Part shown: positions 30,337 through 39,360 of the stretch, one piece after another
How positions within the stretch are numbered: position 1 is the first letter of the stretch
How the letters are laid out: each line of letters starts with the position of its first letter
Origin: a bacterium
GTDB lineage: Bacteria > Hinthialibacterota > Hinthialibacteria > Hinthialibacterales > Hinthialibacteraceae
DNA length: 64,000 nucleotides
Assembly (NCBI GenBank): GCA_963662285.2
Contig: CAXXMV010000002.1
Span: forward strand, 832,001 to 896,000
Direction of reading: 5' to 3'
Translations under genes and position numbers: made by a program
The notes under the pieces: generated by a model
What the model saw: only the letters and a program-made list of their open reading frames with translations
What the model was told of the DNA's origin: nothing
Databases searched by the model: none

Positions 30337-31731
30337 TTATTGCTTAATCAAAATGGGAGATTCAAAATCGCTCTTCATAATTGGTGGAAGCAGATAGGCG
30401 CCGGAGCCTTCTTTATCGGTAAAATAGAGTTGTGAGATCGAAGGCTTCAAGGCGTCGCCATCAGCCCAAAAAGCATAGAAATCTGGATTAGCATTAACTG
30501 GACGTCGCGCATAGGTGTGGTTTCTTGGGCTATCACTGGTGAGTTGTTTTATTTGCTTCCAGGTTGCGCCGCTATCCTCGCTGAGAAGCATGACCATCTC
30601 GCCGCCAGTACAGTATTCTTGCGGACCATCCAGGATTGGAGCGATTACGCGCCAGACGCCATCATCCTCAATATATAGCGATCCCATATCATAGTTATGA
30701 TCGGATTCTGCAACTTTTTTGTACTGCCATTCTTTTCCACTCCAATGAGCGCACATCCAGATTCGGGCGCCATTATCCGGGCCGGATTCATATCCCCGGC
30801 TCAGAATATAGAGGATTACAGGATTGCCCTTTTTGTCATAATCAATGTCTTTCATATAAACCAGCAAACCTTCTTTTTGGTATTCACGAACCATAGCCGG
30901 GTTATAAGAGGAATCGAGTGGAATCTGCAATTTTTCCCCATCAACGGTTTGCCATGTTTTACCGAAATCAGTCGATTCCATGTAGTAGAGGTTGGTGCGG
31001 GCATTGAGTCCACCTTTGGGGGGATGCCAGTTCCATGCGGTTCCGCGTTTATTCTTGTATTTGCCGCTGATTTGATAATGTCCACCGAAGCCCACCAGTT
31101 TGCGGTCTTTCGCAGGATCAAAATTATCGATGCTGGTGCTTATATATGATTCCCGACCGCCAGTGTATTTAGTAAATAGTAACTGTATGCCTTCGCCTTC
31201 CATGAATCGCGGTTGAGGATAGGTAAATGGTTTCTTGCAAACCAATGAGAACGAATCAATAGAATATGGCTTATCACTTTTCCAGATAAATCCGTCATTG
31301 CCGCCATGGGCGCTGGCGAAAATCCAGATGATTCCCTTATCATCAATACAGATGGCAGGATTGTGGTGCGCATCTTCGGTGCCTTTTTCCATGACGATAA
31401 CTGGTTTCGGAACCATCCCGGTTTCATGATCGTAATATGAGGCCATGATAAGCAATGGCGTTTCCTCGCCTAAACCTTTGGTTCCGCCAAAGACGAAGAA
31501 GGTTTTGTCGGCTTCGGGAGCATATTGGGCATGGGGGAAATGCTTGGCGCAATAGGTGCCCAATCCTCCGCTATACTTATAGACATACTTATCCTTCGAT
31601 GGTTGGTTGCTATACCAGACGCCTTGGTATCCATCGGCGCGGGGAAAAGACTTGGTCTCCGCATCAGAGCAGTTTGGCAACAAAAATAGACCGCATACTA
31701 AAATACTAACAATACTCAAAACATGTTTCAT
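30337..31731 (-). CDS. Exported BNR-repeat (beta-propeller) protein
   Basis: Signal peptide, DAHHNP, Asp-box motifs STDFGKTW and SEDSGATW. Confidence 0.75.
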   Translation of the reverse strand: MKHVLSIVSILVCGLFLLPNCSDAETKSFPRADGYQGVWYSNQPSKDKYVYKYSGGLGTYCAKHFPHAQYAPEADKTFFVFGGTKGLGEETPLLIMASYYDHETGMVPKPVIVMEKGTEDAHHNPAICIDDKGIIWIFASAHGGNDGFIWKSDKPYSIDSFSLVCKKPFTYPQPRFMEGEGIQLLFTKYTGGRESYISTSIDNFDPAKDRKLVGFGGHYQISGKYKNKRGTAWNWHPPKGGLNARTNLYYMESTDFGKTWQTVDGEKLQIPLDSSYNPAMVREYQKEGLLVYMKDIDYDKKGNPVILYILSRGYESGPDNGARIWMCAHWSGKEWQYKKVAESDHNYDMGSLYIEDDGVWRVIAPILDGPQEYCTGGEMVMLLSEDSGATWKQIKQLTSDSPRNHTYARRPVNANPDFYAFWADGDALKPSISQLYFTDKEGSGAYLLPPIMKSDFESPILIKQ

Positions 31732-31747
31732 GGTAATAACTCTCCTT

Positions 31748-32371
31748 TTACATTTTGGCGCCAGTTAAATCGGCGCGATCAAAGTTGGCAGTCCCGACCG
31801 CTTCAGCCAGGTTAGCGTTTACTAATTTAGCCCGCCGGAAAATAGCGCGGTTTATATCCGCTCCAGAAAAATCAACCCCGGAGAAATCCGCATTGCCCGG
31901 ACGTGAATAAAAGAACTGCGTCCTGCGGCATGAGGCGCCGCGGGCAATAGCTCCAACCAGATTAGAGCGCTTTAAGTTGGCGCCATCCATTATGGCGTTT
32001 GAAAGATTGGCGCGTCCCAGGATGGCGAATTCCAGGTTGGCCTCAGTCAGGTTGGCGTTGGTTAACGACGCCGAATCTAATTGAGCGCGATGCAAGTTAG
32101 CCCGTTGGAGATCGGCGCCATCCAGTTTGGCGCCGATCAGGCAGGCGTAGGATAAATCGACTTCTGGTAAATTGGCATTGGTTAAATCAACGCCATGCAA
32201 TACCCAGCCTGATAACGAGACTCCATCGGTTATGATCTGGATAATGTGATTAATGTAATCCGGTTGGTTGGCTAGATGTTTCCAACATGTTGATTCTCCC
32301 GTCAAAGCCAGGTCAGAACATTGGTCATGTATGCAGTGAATGAAATCGAAATAGGTATTAAGTTTTTCCAT
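31748..32371 (-). CDS. Pentapeptide-repeat protein
   Basis: A(D/N)LXX repeats across the C-terminal two-thirds. Confidence 0.9.
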   Translation of the reverse strand: MEKLNTYFDFIHCIHDQCSDLALTGESTCWKHLANQPDYINHIIQIITDGVSLSGWVLHGVDLTNANLPEVDLSYACLIGAKLDGADLQRANLHRAQLDSASLTNANLTEANLEFAILGRANLSNAIMDGANLKRSNLVGAIARGASCRRTQFFYSRPGNADFSGVDFSGADINRAIFRRAKLVNANLAEAVGTANFDRADLTGAKM

Positions 32372-32576
32372 AATTATTCACCCTGTGTTTTTGGGGATAT
32401 GAAAACTATATCACAAAAGAAACAGAAGCGCTCTAGGAGTTGATTGAATATTTAATGAGATAAGGAGTCATCGCTCAACCGTATCCGGGCTGGGTGGCAA
32501 GGGCAAGAGCGCATTGCGCTCAGCCCTTGATCAAGCCACCGATGATAGGATGAAATTCCTTAACTTAATGACATTG

Positions 32577-32667
32577 CTTTTTATGGGCGCCCGATTAGCC
32601 CGTCAGTCCGGGAATTGGAAAAACCAAAGAGGATTCATAATCGGGTAACCACAAGAGTTACCCCTAC
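32577..32667 (-). repeat. REPIN-like doublet (family D/A)
   Basis: About 90-bp inverted homolog of 56697-56795; GTAGGGGTAACTCTTGTGGTTACCC hairpin. Confidence 0.8.
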
Positions 32668-32678
32668 AGTATGATAAT

Positions 32679-34511
32679 CTATTTGACGTAATTCAGGCTG
32701 CGCAATTGTTCCATGAGAGATTCGGGCATGGATTCTGAGTCATCAGGCAGCGCAGCTGGCGGATCGTATTGTTCTACGTATATGGGTTTATTAGTACTGC
32801 GAAATGAATCGGTGAATATTTCATCCATAATCCTGCCGGGCAGTTCCTTGCTGATGGGCATACCCAGTTGATATAGCATGGTCGGCGCCAGGTCGAGAAG
32901 ATCGGCTGGTTGCAATTGCGCTCCCGGTTGAATCGATGGACCCTGAGCGATGATAATGCCTGTTGGATGATGGGTTCCAGAAAAGGTGCGTTCAAAGAAG
33001 AACTGGTCAACCGGGTATTCTTTCTCTTGTATGATAATGCTCTTATTGGTCAATACAGGGGATTCGGGATTCCATGAGAGGGAGAAATTAGCCCGCAGCG
33101 TAATCTTACCGTTATCTTCAACCTCTACGATAAAAACTGGTTCATTATCATCCGCGAACTGAATTTGCGTCAATTGTTGTTGCAAATCCTTGATGAATTC
33201 GACATCATGCATGATTGGCTCAAGCACGATTTGTCTTTGAATCATATAGTGATGCAGTAATTGGGAACTGCCCAAGGTATTGAGCAATCGCGGGACATCC
33301 ACAAAAAACTGACGCGGAGCGGCGGGATCAGCCTGGAAGCCGTGATCGGATATAAGAATAACAGTCGTACTTTCGGGCAAGGTTTCGAGGATGCGCCCGA
33401 ACTGCCGGTCGGCTTCGCGGTAATAATCGGTGATGGCGTCTTTATATGGATTATCCGGCTCGATATTGAAATCGGGGAATTTTTCCGGCTGCATATAATG
33501 CCAGAATCGATGGGCGATTTTATCGCTGCCATATAGTATAAATGCTGAGATATCCGGTTGATGACGTTTCAGCAATGATATATAAAGGTCGGCCCGGATT
33601 TGGGCTTCGGCCATAAGTTTGGCGGCCAGGCGTTCTTCTTCGCTGTAGCCAATATAGTCCCGCAGATAGAATTGCGCCATGCGTTCAACGCCTCTCAGAC
33701 GCGCCCCCCGCTTTATGCTATCCCACAGTGCGAGAACGGGGTTGATTGGCCCGCCATAACGGCTTTGCTCAAGATAGAGTTCCTGGATGCATGAATCGCT
33801 CATTGGGCGTGTATCAGGTGAATGAGCCATCCATGACGGGATATTGAAAGCGAATGGATCACGCGGCGGCCATGTTACCAGCCATGAGAATAGACCGACT
33901 TTGAGGTTATTGCGGGCGCAGATATCGAATACCCGGTTAGCGCTTAGATCAGACCGGGTAGAGAAATATCCGTTGATGCCATGTTGATCGGTAGGCAAAC
34001 CGGTGGCAATAGAAGTCCAGACAATAGGAGATTGCATAGGTTCGAGGCTTTGTAGATTGCCATGAACGCCTTCCTGACAAAGTTGTTGGATATTGGGCAA
34101 CTGACCTTTTGCCATCATGGGATTTATCAGATCCCAGGTTGCGCCATCTAAACCGAGGATGACTAATTGAGGTTTGTCTGTGGAAACCGGGCTATGGTTA
34201 ATCCATGAGGCAATCGCCATTAATGATAGAAATACAACGATAAGCATTACTGATGAAATGAACAAGCATTGTTTGATGCGGGTGGAGTAAAATCTCTTAA
34301 TCAATGATTGAAACCACATCGAACGTTTGGATAAATAATGGATTGATATGACGCCAACTGTCCAAAAAACCACAACGGGAATGGAGATAATGAGTAACAA
34401 AAACCAGGGAATGACATCACAAAAACCCGGATGCATATAACTTGCAATCAGGCAAAATCCAATTGGAGCGGCGAAAAAGACTAAAATGTTCAAAAGGGTG
34501 AATGGAATCAT
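32679..34511 (-). CDS. Membrane-anchored alkaline phosphatase-superfamily (type I phosphodiesterase-like) protein
   Basis: Three N-terminal TMs, LGLDGATW, SPIVWTSIATG, SDHGF, DLAPT, LRSLNYV; start likely 34511. Confidence 0.8.
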   Translation of the reverse strand: MIPFTLLNILVFFAAPIGFCLIASYMHPGFCDVIPWFLLLIISIPVVVFWTVGVISIHYLSKRSMWFQSLIKRFYSTRIKQCLFISSVMLIVVFLSLMAIASWINHSPVSTDKPQLVILGLDGATWDLINPMMAKGQLPNIQQLCQEGVHGNLQSLEPMQSPIVWTSIATGLPTDQHGINGYFSTRSDLSANRVFDICARNNLKVGLFSWLVTWPPRDPFAFNIPSWMAHSPDTRPMSDSCIQELYLEQSRYGGPINPVLALWDSIKRGARLRGVERMAQFYLRDYIGYSEEERLAAKLMAEAQIRADLYISLLKRHQPDISAFILYGSDKIAHRFWHYMQPEKFPDFNIEPDNPYKDAITDYYREADRQFGRILETLPESTTVILISDHGFQADPAAPRQFFVDVPRLLNTLGSSQLLHHYMIQRQIVLEPIMHDVEFIKDLQQQLTQIQFADDNEPVFIVEVEDNGKITLRANFSLSWNPESPVLTNKSIIIQEKEYPVDQFFFERTFSGTHHPTGIIIAQGPSIQPGAQLQPADLLDLAPTMLYQLGMPISKELPGRIMDEIFTDSFRSTNKPIYVEQYDPPAALPDDSESMPESLMEQLRSLNYVK

Positions 34512-35112
34512 GTTTATATTATTATACTCAATATTAAATTTTATGGAATAACCTACTTGTTTAACTTGGATTAGATTAGCGTAACTGTAATTACAAAGAT
34601 TCGGAGTATCATTCATATAACATATTGTTATTATTGAAGATATCTATGTATCCTACCTTATTAACTTTTTTATAAATCAAACGCTTGGTAATACAAAATA
34701 CGCGATAGTGCGATAGAATTGCATAAACGCCGCACTATAAAATCGCATGATTTTATAGTGCTTATTATATTAGACTTATAAACATAAAAACATAAAAATC
34801 ATAATTGCATGTTAATGTTTTGATTGTTACTATTGCCAAATGAATATAGAATCGCATATAATTGGTACAATATTCAATTAAATTGCCGTCTTGGATGCTG
34901 GATGTTTTGCGCCTCTTTTATGATTTACCCGATTGCCGGAAACATGAGAGTGGTTTTCATGATGACGTTCTGATTCGCGATTCAAAAAGCCGGAAAAGTG
35001 CGGCTTTTTCGAAGAACAAATGTAATAATAAAAAGAACCAAGTTATGATAATCGCTCTATTAATGCATAAGCGTATATTATAAACGGCTGATATTCTAAA
35101 GAGTACAAATAA

Positions 35113-36162
35113 ATGGCTGCGGCAAAAAAAACAAAACTTAATAGCATCGATACGGGTAAGGAAAAAGCAAAAACCCGCTCATCTACGGCGAAAGGTCAGG
35201 AGACAGCGGCCAAAAAATCGGTAATGTCTTCGAGTAAAAAGACAATTCCGAAAAAAAAGGCTGCACCCCTGAAGACAAATATCAAACAGACTACTGCGAT
35301 TAAAGATAAACGACCATCACAGAATAAACCTGTGAGTAAAAAAACCACCTCACAAAAAAAGTCTTCCAAAACAGTTTCCGAGAAAAAGACTGCCGCAAAA
35401 GCAATTGCATCTAGTAATAAAACTACCGAAAAAATTCTAAAAAGCAATACAAAAAGCGCGTCCGTCGAAAATACCCCTATAAAAGAAACAAAAGTTAAGA
35501 AAACCACGGCCAAAAAGACGGTTAGTAAAAAGACTTCTTCGAATACTAAATCTCCGGTTAACCGGGATGCGCCTGAAAAGAAAACCGCAAGACCCAAGTC
35601 GACGCGACCGGTTAGAAATAGAAGAAAAAAAGCGTCGGCGCCCCAGATCGAATTTCCAACAGCAACCTGGGAATCGGACAGCGTAATAAGTTTTGAAGCA
35701 ACCGAACATCTAACAGCGACAGACTTGACCAGCATAGCTGGCGGGTTTGTTTTTTATGGAGATAGCATTGTTCTGGCCAATATTCCCGGTAGAGGCTGGG
35801 ATATTATCGGGGGTCGGATAGACCTGGGAGAAACGCCGGAAGAAACATTTCGACGGGAAGCAACCAATCAGATTGGAGTAATGCTATCTCATGTAAAAAT
35901 GCTTGGTGTAATCCGTATAGAGCATATGGGTGAAAAACCACCTAATTGCCCTTATCCTTTCCCAATTGGTTATGGAATTCAGTATATTGGAATTGTTGAA
36001 GAGATGTTGCCTTTTACGGGAAGCGATGAGTCTTTAGGGCGCTCGTTGATTTCGCGTGAAGGTTTTAAGGAACATTATCACGAATGGAATGAGTATTATG
36101 AGGCAATTTTCAATTATGCATGCCTGGTATATGATAAATGGCGTAAAAAATTGAAAATTTGA
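35113..36162 (+). CDS. Histone-H1-like Lys-rich region fused to a Nudix-like domain
   Basis: About 175 aa rich in K/T/S/A, then GGRIDLGETPEETFRREATNQIGV. Confidence 0.75.
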   Translation: MAAAKKTKLNSIDTGKEKAKTRSSTAKGQETAAKKSVMSSSKKTIPKKKAAPLKTNIKQTTAIKDKRPSQNKPVSKKTTSQKKSSKTVSEKKTAAKAIASSNKTTEKILKSNTKSASVENTPIKETKVKKTTAKKTVSKKTSSNTKSPVNRDAPEKKTARPKSTRPVRNRRKKASAPQIEFPTATWESDSVISFEATEHLTATDLTSIAGGFVFYGDSIVLANIPGRGWDIIGGRIDLGETPEETFRREATNQIGVMLSHVKMLGVIRIEHMGEKPPNCPYPFPIGYGIQYIGIVEEMLPFTGSDESLGRSLISREGFKEHYHEWNEYYEAIFNYACLVYDKWRKKLKI

Positions 36163-36205
36163 TTGGCTAATCTCGATATAGGCTTTACGAATAACCTGCC
36201 ATTTA

Positions 36206-36328
36206 TGATGAGTCGGCAAAAAGTGGATGAAAGACGAAACTCACAATACATCTTGTATATAAGTTTCATGAATATCCACTAAGTATCGTGGTCATAAAAA
36301 CAGTTTTTGACTTTTTACCGTTCCGTCA
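36206..36328. mobile_element. 123-bp MITE, copy 1
   Basis: Imperfect TIRs TGATGAGTCGGCAAAAAGT / ACTTTTTACCGTTCCGTCA, flanked by a TTTA(T) duplication; second copy at 38018-38140. Confidence 0.8.
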
Positions 36329-36357
36329 TTTATATGTATTTTGAGTGGTTTTGATAA

Positions 36358-36383
36358 TAAAGTTTATATTCACGATTCGATAA
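36358..36383 (+). promoter_or_regulatory. Sigma28 (FliA)-like promoter candidate upstream of fliN
   Basis: TAAAGTTT-N10-TTCGATAA versus consensus TAAAGTTT-N11-GCCGATAA. Confidence 0.3.
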
Positions 36384-36570
36384 AAAAAACAGAAAAGATT
36401 AGCTTTATCGAAGAGCAAAAGTGATAATAAACCAACATAATTTAAATAATCGCTCTAAATCTCTGAAAAAATTCATGGATTTACATTCAAAGTGTGTTAT
36501 ACTACTGTGTTGGAAAATATGGATTTGTGTTCCAAGACTTCATAATGATTCAAGGTGATGGGATATATCC

Positions 36571-37152
36571 ATGTCTGAGCGTCTATCACAAGACGAAATT
36601 GATGCGTTGCTGAATATGGGGTTGGGAGGTGCGGATCCACTTGATGATATCGAGGAGGAACCGGAACCCGAAGCATTCGCCATGTCTGCTCCAAAAACTG
36701 AGCAACAGCCTTTTACCGAGCCTTCAGGTATGTTTGGAGGTCAAGAAGCATCTCAAGGTTGGGCTGCTCCGCAACAAAGTTTACCTCAACAACCTATGCG
36801 CAAGATGCGCCCTTCTTCGAAAGTAGAAAATCCGGTTGATGTTCAAAATGCGGTTTTTGAAGATTTCGATGATGATAAAACCGGCCCTGAAACAACCAAT
36901 CTTGAAACAATACTAAATATTAAGTTAGAAATTCGGGTAGAACTTGGCAAGACGCTTACTTCGGTTCGCGATGTGCTTGATATGGGTCCCGGATCGGTGC
37001 TTGAGTTGCAAAAACTTAATGGTGAGCCGGTGGATCTTCTGGTAAATCAAAAACCTTTCTCTAAAGGTGAAATGATAGTTATCGGCGAAAACTTTGGAGT
37101 GCGCGTTACCGATATTCTTTCGGTTACTGAGATTATTGAAGCGCTGAAGTAA
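36571..37152 (+). CDS. fliN: Flagellar motor switch protein FliN (FliY-like N-terminal peptide)
   Basis: LSQDEIDALL CheY-binding peptide; C-terminal VELG...GSVLELQKLNGEPVD...GENFGVRVTDI. Confidence 0.9.
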   Translation: MSERLSQDEIDALLNMGLGGADPLDDIEEEPEPEAFAMSAPKTEQQPFTEPSGMFGGQEASQGWAAPQQSLPQQPMRKMRPSSKVENPVDVQNAVFEDFDDDKTGPETTNLETILNIKLEIRVELGKTLTSVRDVLDMGPGSVLELQKLNGEPVDLLVNQKPFSKGEMIVIGENFGVRVTDILSVTEIIEALK

Positions 37153-37208
37153 TTCGTTCTAACTATGGTGATTTTAATATACTCCTCACCCTATCCCTCT
37201 CCCGGCGG

Positions 37209-37258
37209 TGTAAAGGCCTGGGACATGGGTAACAGGTGTTCGGGGACATAGGTAACAC
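37209..37258. mobile_element. Isolated IS481-like terminal sequence
   Basis: Starts TGT and contains two direct copies of GGGACAT(G/A)GGTAACA; truncates a family-E hairpin at its loop. Confidence 0.6.
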
Positions 37259-37291
37259 ATTGGTTGCATTGTATTGAAGGGTGGTTAGGTA

Positions 37292-37510
37292 TCAGTTTTT
37301 TTTTACTGCTTTGACTCCCTTATGGCTTAAACCCACTCCACTGAATACGCACCCGAACCATTGTAGGCTTTCAATCAACTTCGGCGTCCAATCCGGCGCG
37401 TCGCCCGCCATCCAGATGTCTGACATTTTTTGAAGAATCATTGCAGCCAGAAAAAGCCCGGCGCCTATAGTGGTTTTCTTTTCATTGATTAGTGACCAGA
37501 ACCATTTCAT
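37292..37510 (-). CDS. Small membrane protein, holin-like (72 aa)
   Basis: AAGGAG RBS before ATG 37510; KKTTIGA followed by two hydrophobic segments, and a basic C-terminus (GLSHKGVKAVKKN). Confidence 0.55.
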   Translation of the reverse strand: MKWFWSLINEKKTTIGAGLFLAAMILQKMSDIWMAGDAPDWTPKLIESLQWFGCVFSGVGLSHKGVKAVKKN

Positions 37511-37634
37511 TGGTTTGCTCCTTATTTTTTGTTTTTTTATATCAATAAATTGACATAGCATAGCTGAGACAAAATTGTTTTGTCCAAAAAATGACCGTTA
37601 TTTCTATGGCGATCTTATGTGATAGAACTGTCAG

Positions 37635-37991
37635 TTATCCTTTTTTCATAAGCAACCCGCTTTGCAAATCCTGGGGGCGTATAGGATTTTCGTAATCTTT
37701 GCCTGATTTCTTGGGCGGCGTAAAAGACAAGACTGGTTCAGAAGCGATTTTTGCTTCGACTTGCTGCTTGATGTTTTCAACTTTGCTCAGGATTTTGTCT
37801 TTGGGCTGGCTGATGCTCTTGATAAACCACATCCTCGTTTTTACGCAAGAACAAAAAAAGTTGAACAATGACATCATTCGATTATCATTGATATGAAATC
37901 TTTTCTTGATAGCATCAGCCATTTTTTCGATGCAGTAATCCATTGTTTCGATAATTTTTTGATCCAATTGGTTTGACATTTCAACGTTCAT
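37635..37991 (-). CDS. Hypothetical protein (118 aa)
   Basis: GGAGG RBS; lies downstream of a sigma54-like promoter. Confidence 0.6.
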   Translation of the reverse strand: MNVEMSNQLDQKIIETMDYCIEKMADAIKKRFHINDNRMMSLFNFFCSCVKTRMWFIKSISQPKDKILSKVENIKQQVEAKIASEPVLSFTPPKKSGKDYENPIRPQDLQSGLLMKKG

Positions 37992-38017
37992 AATTTTCCT
38001 CCTAGGGAATGTTTAGA

Positions 38018-38140
38018 TGATGAGTCGGCAAAAAGTGGAAGAAAGACGAAACTCACGTTACATCTTGTATATAAGTCTCATGAATATCCACTTAGTATTG
38101 TGGTCATAAAAACAGTTTTTGACTTTTTACCGTTTCGTCA
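38018..38140. mobile_element. 123-bp MITE, copy 2
   Basis: About 7 substitutions versus copy 1; flanked by its own TAGA(T) duplication. Confidence 0.8.
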
Positions 38141-38155
38141 TAGATACGCATTATG

Positions 38156-38171
38156 GCAAGAACCATGCCAA
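38156..38171 (-). promoter_or_regulatory. Sigma54 -24/-12 promoter
   Basis: Minus strand reads TTGGCATGGTTCTTGC (GG-N10-GC, TGGCA...TTGC), pointing at ORF 37991. Confidence 0.65.
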
Positions 38172-38343
38172 CAATTGAACGTTTGTTTAGTTTTTGGGAT
38201 TTATTTGTCTGAATCTGGATGGGCAGGATTGAAGGATGATCTGGATTTTGTTTTATTAGGTAGTTGCGTGTTTTGGGAATATTGGATAATCAAAACGTAT
38301 CATTACATTGAGCAGGGATAAGAGATTACCTCTATTCTTGAAT

Positions 38344-39360
38344 TTAATATTCTTCACGTTCGACGCGGGCGGCTAGTTCTTTGAAGTGGAATAGTTTTTG
38401 GTATTCGATCAGAGTTGATAGTGCTCTATGTTCGGTGGGGATGCCCGCCTCTTCAATGGCTGCGGTAGGATTCAAGCCTCCGGCCACGATGATTCCCGTG
38501 CGGCCTTCTTCGACCGGGAATTCCAGCAGCGACTGATTGGGTTTTCCCAGAAGCAGTATGCCTCCCAACCCTATCTGATCTAATTTGTCGCGGATGACTT
38601 TTACTTCATTAATGGCGGAAGAAGGAATCTCCCGGAAGCTGGCGCCGATGCGGCCATGTCCGGATCGAGCGACTTCACGAGCGCTGGTGAGTTTGCCTTT
38701 GATAAAAATTTCCAGAGGATCAAGGGATGTTCCATTGTAATATATAACATCGGTGAAGCGTACCGGATTACCTTTATCCATCTCTAATACGCCGCCGAAG
38801 AGGGAGACCGTTGGAATGCGTGCGCTGAGCAGAATTCCATTGAGGGTGACGCTGCATACTGTACCTATGCCTACTTTTCCGGGCGGGATTATTAATTCAC
38901 CCAGGGTTTCTCCTTCATGAGTTAAATAGGTCAGGCGTCCCATACCTACATTGGCTTCAAACACCGGGATCATGTGCCGCACCGCAGCGGGTAAATTGAC
39001 CCGGTCAATTACTGATATATTCATGACGATTAATCCCGAACCGGTATTAGGATCAAAAGTGACCTGATAAGACAGATCATCAACTTTGGCGGCCATGAAG
39101 CCAATGCGGAAGTTGACGTTGGCGTCATGGATTTCGCTGATGCCCTGGCTGGTGATTTCCCGCCCCCCGCTGCGTCCGCGTTTGGCATTTTTGACCAGGC
39201 CATCCCGTTCCATCTCTTCAAGGTAGAGACGGACGGTGCGGGGGCTTAAATCGAATCCAAAGGCCTGTAGTTCCATGGTGATGATAGAACTACCGACAGG
39301 ATGAGAGGAGTCGCGCAAAAACCGAAGAATGGCTACTTTTAATTTGGGATTAATTTCCAC
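38344..39360 (-). CDS. nrpR: Nitrogen repressor NrpR (wHTH + one NRD/DUF128 domain)
   Basis: N-terminal HTH (ILRFL...LSPRTVRLYL); TVCSVTLNG, GTSLDPLEIF, ASFRE, GGLNP; GTG start at 39360. Confidence 0.85.
   Translation of the reverse strand: MEINPKLKVAILRFLRDSSHPVGSSIITMELQAFGFDLSPRTVRLYLEEMERDGLVKNAKRGRSGGREITSQGISEIHDANVNFRIGFMAAKVDDLSYQVTFDPNTGSGLIVMNISVIDRVNLPAAVRHMIPVFEANVGMGRLTYLTHEGETLGELIIPPGKVGIGTVCSVTLNGILLSARIPTVSLFGGVLEMDKGNPVRFTDVIYYNGTSLDPLEIFIKGKLTSAREVARSGHGRIGASFREIPSSAINEVKVIRDKLDQIGLGGILLLGKPNQSLLEFPVEEGRTGIIVAGGLNPTAAIEEAGIPTEHRALSTLIEYQKLFHFKELAARVEREEY

Noticed and set aside
35196-35735. Long hydrophobic antisense ORFs (also 14716-15030 and 17762-18001)
   Set aside because: They are shadows of Lys/Arg-rich low-complexity sense genes.
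36205-36300. Hammerhead-ribozyme-like core in the MITE (UGAUGA-GUC...GAC-GAAAC...GUC)
   Set aside because: Position C3 is A in both copies, and stem I would depend on non-conserved flanking DNA outside the element; the pairing is explained by the MITE hairpin. A cmscan search or cleavage assay would settle it.
28487-37991. Prophage
   Set aside because: Apart from one lysin-like and one holin-like gene, there is no integrase, capsid, terminase or tail gene, and the intervening genes are cellular.
36206-38140. Composite transposon carrying fliN between the two MITE copies
   Set aside because: Each copy has its own distinct TSD and the outer flanks differ, so the insertions were independent.
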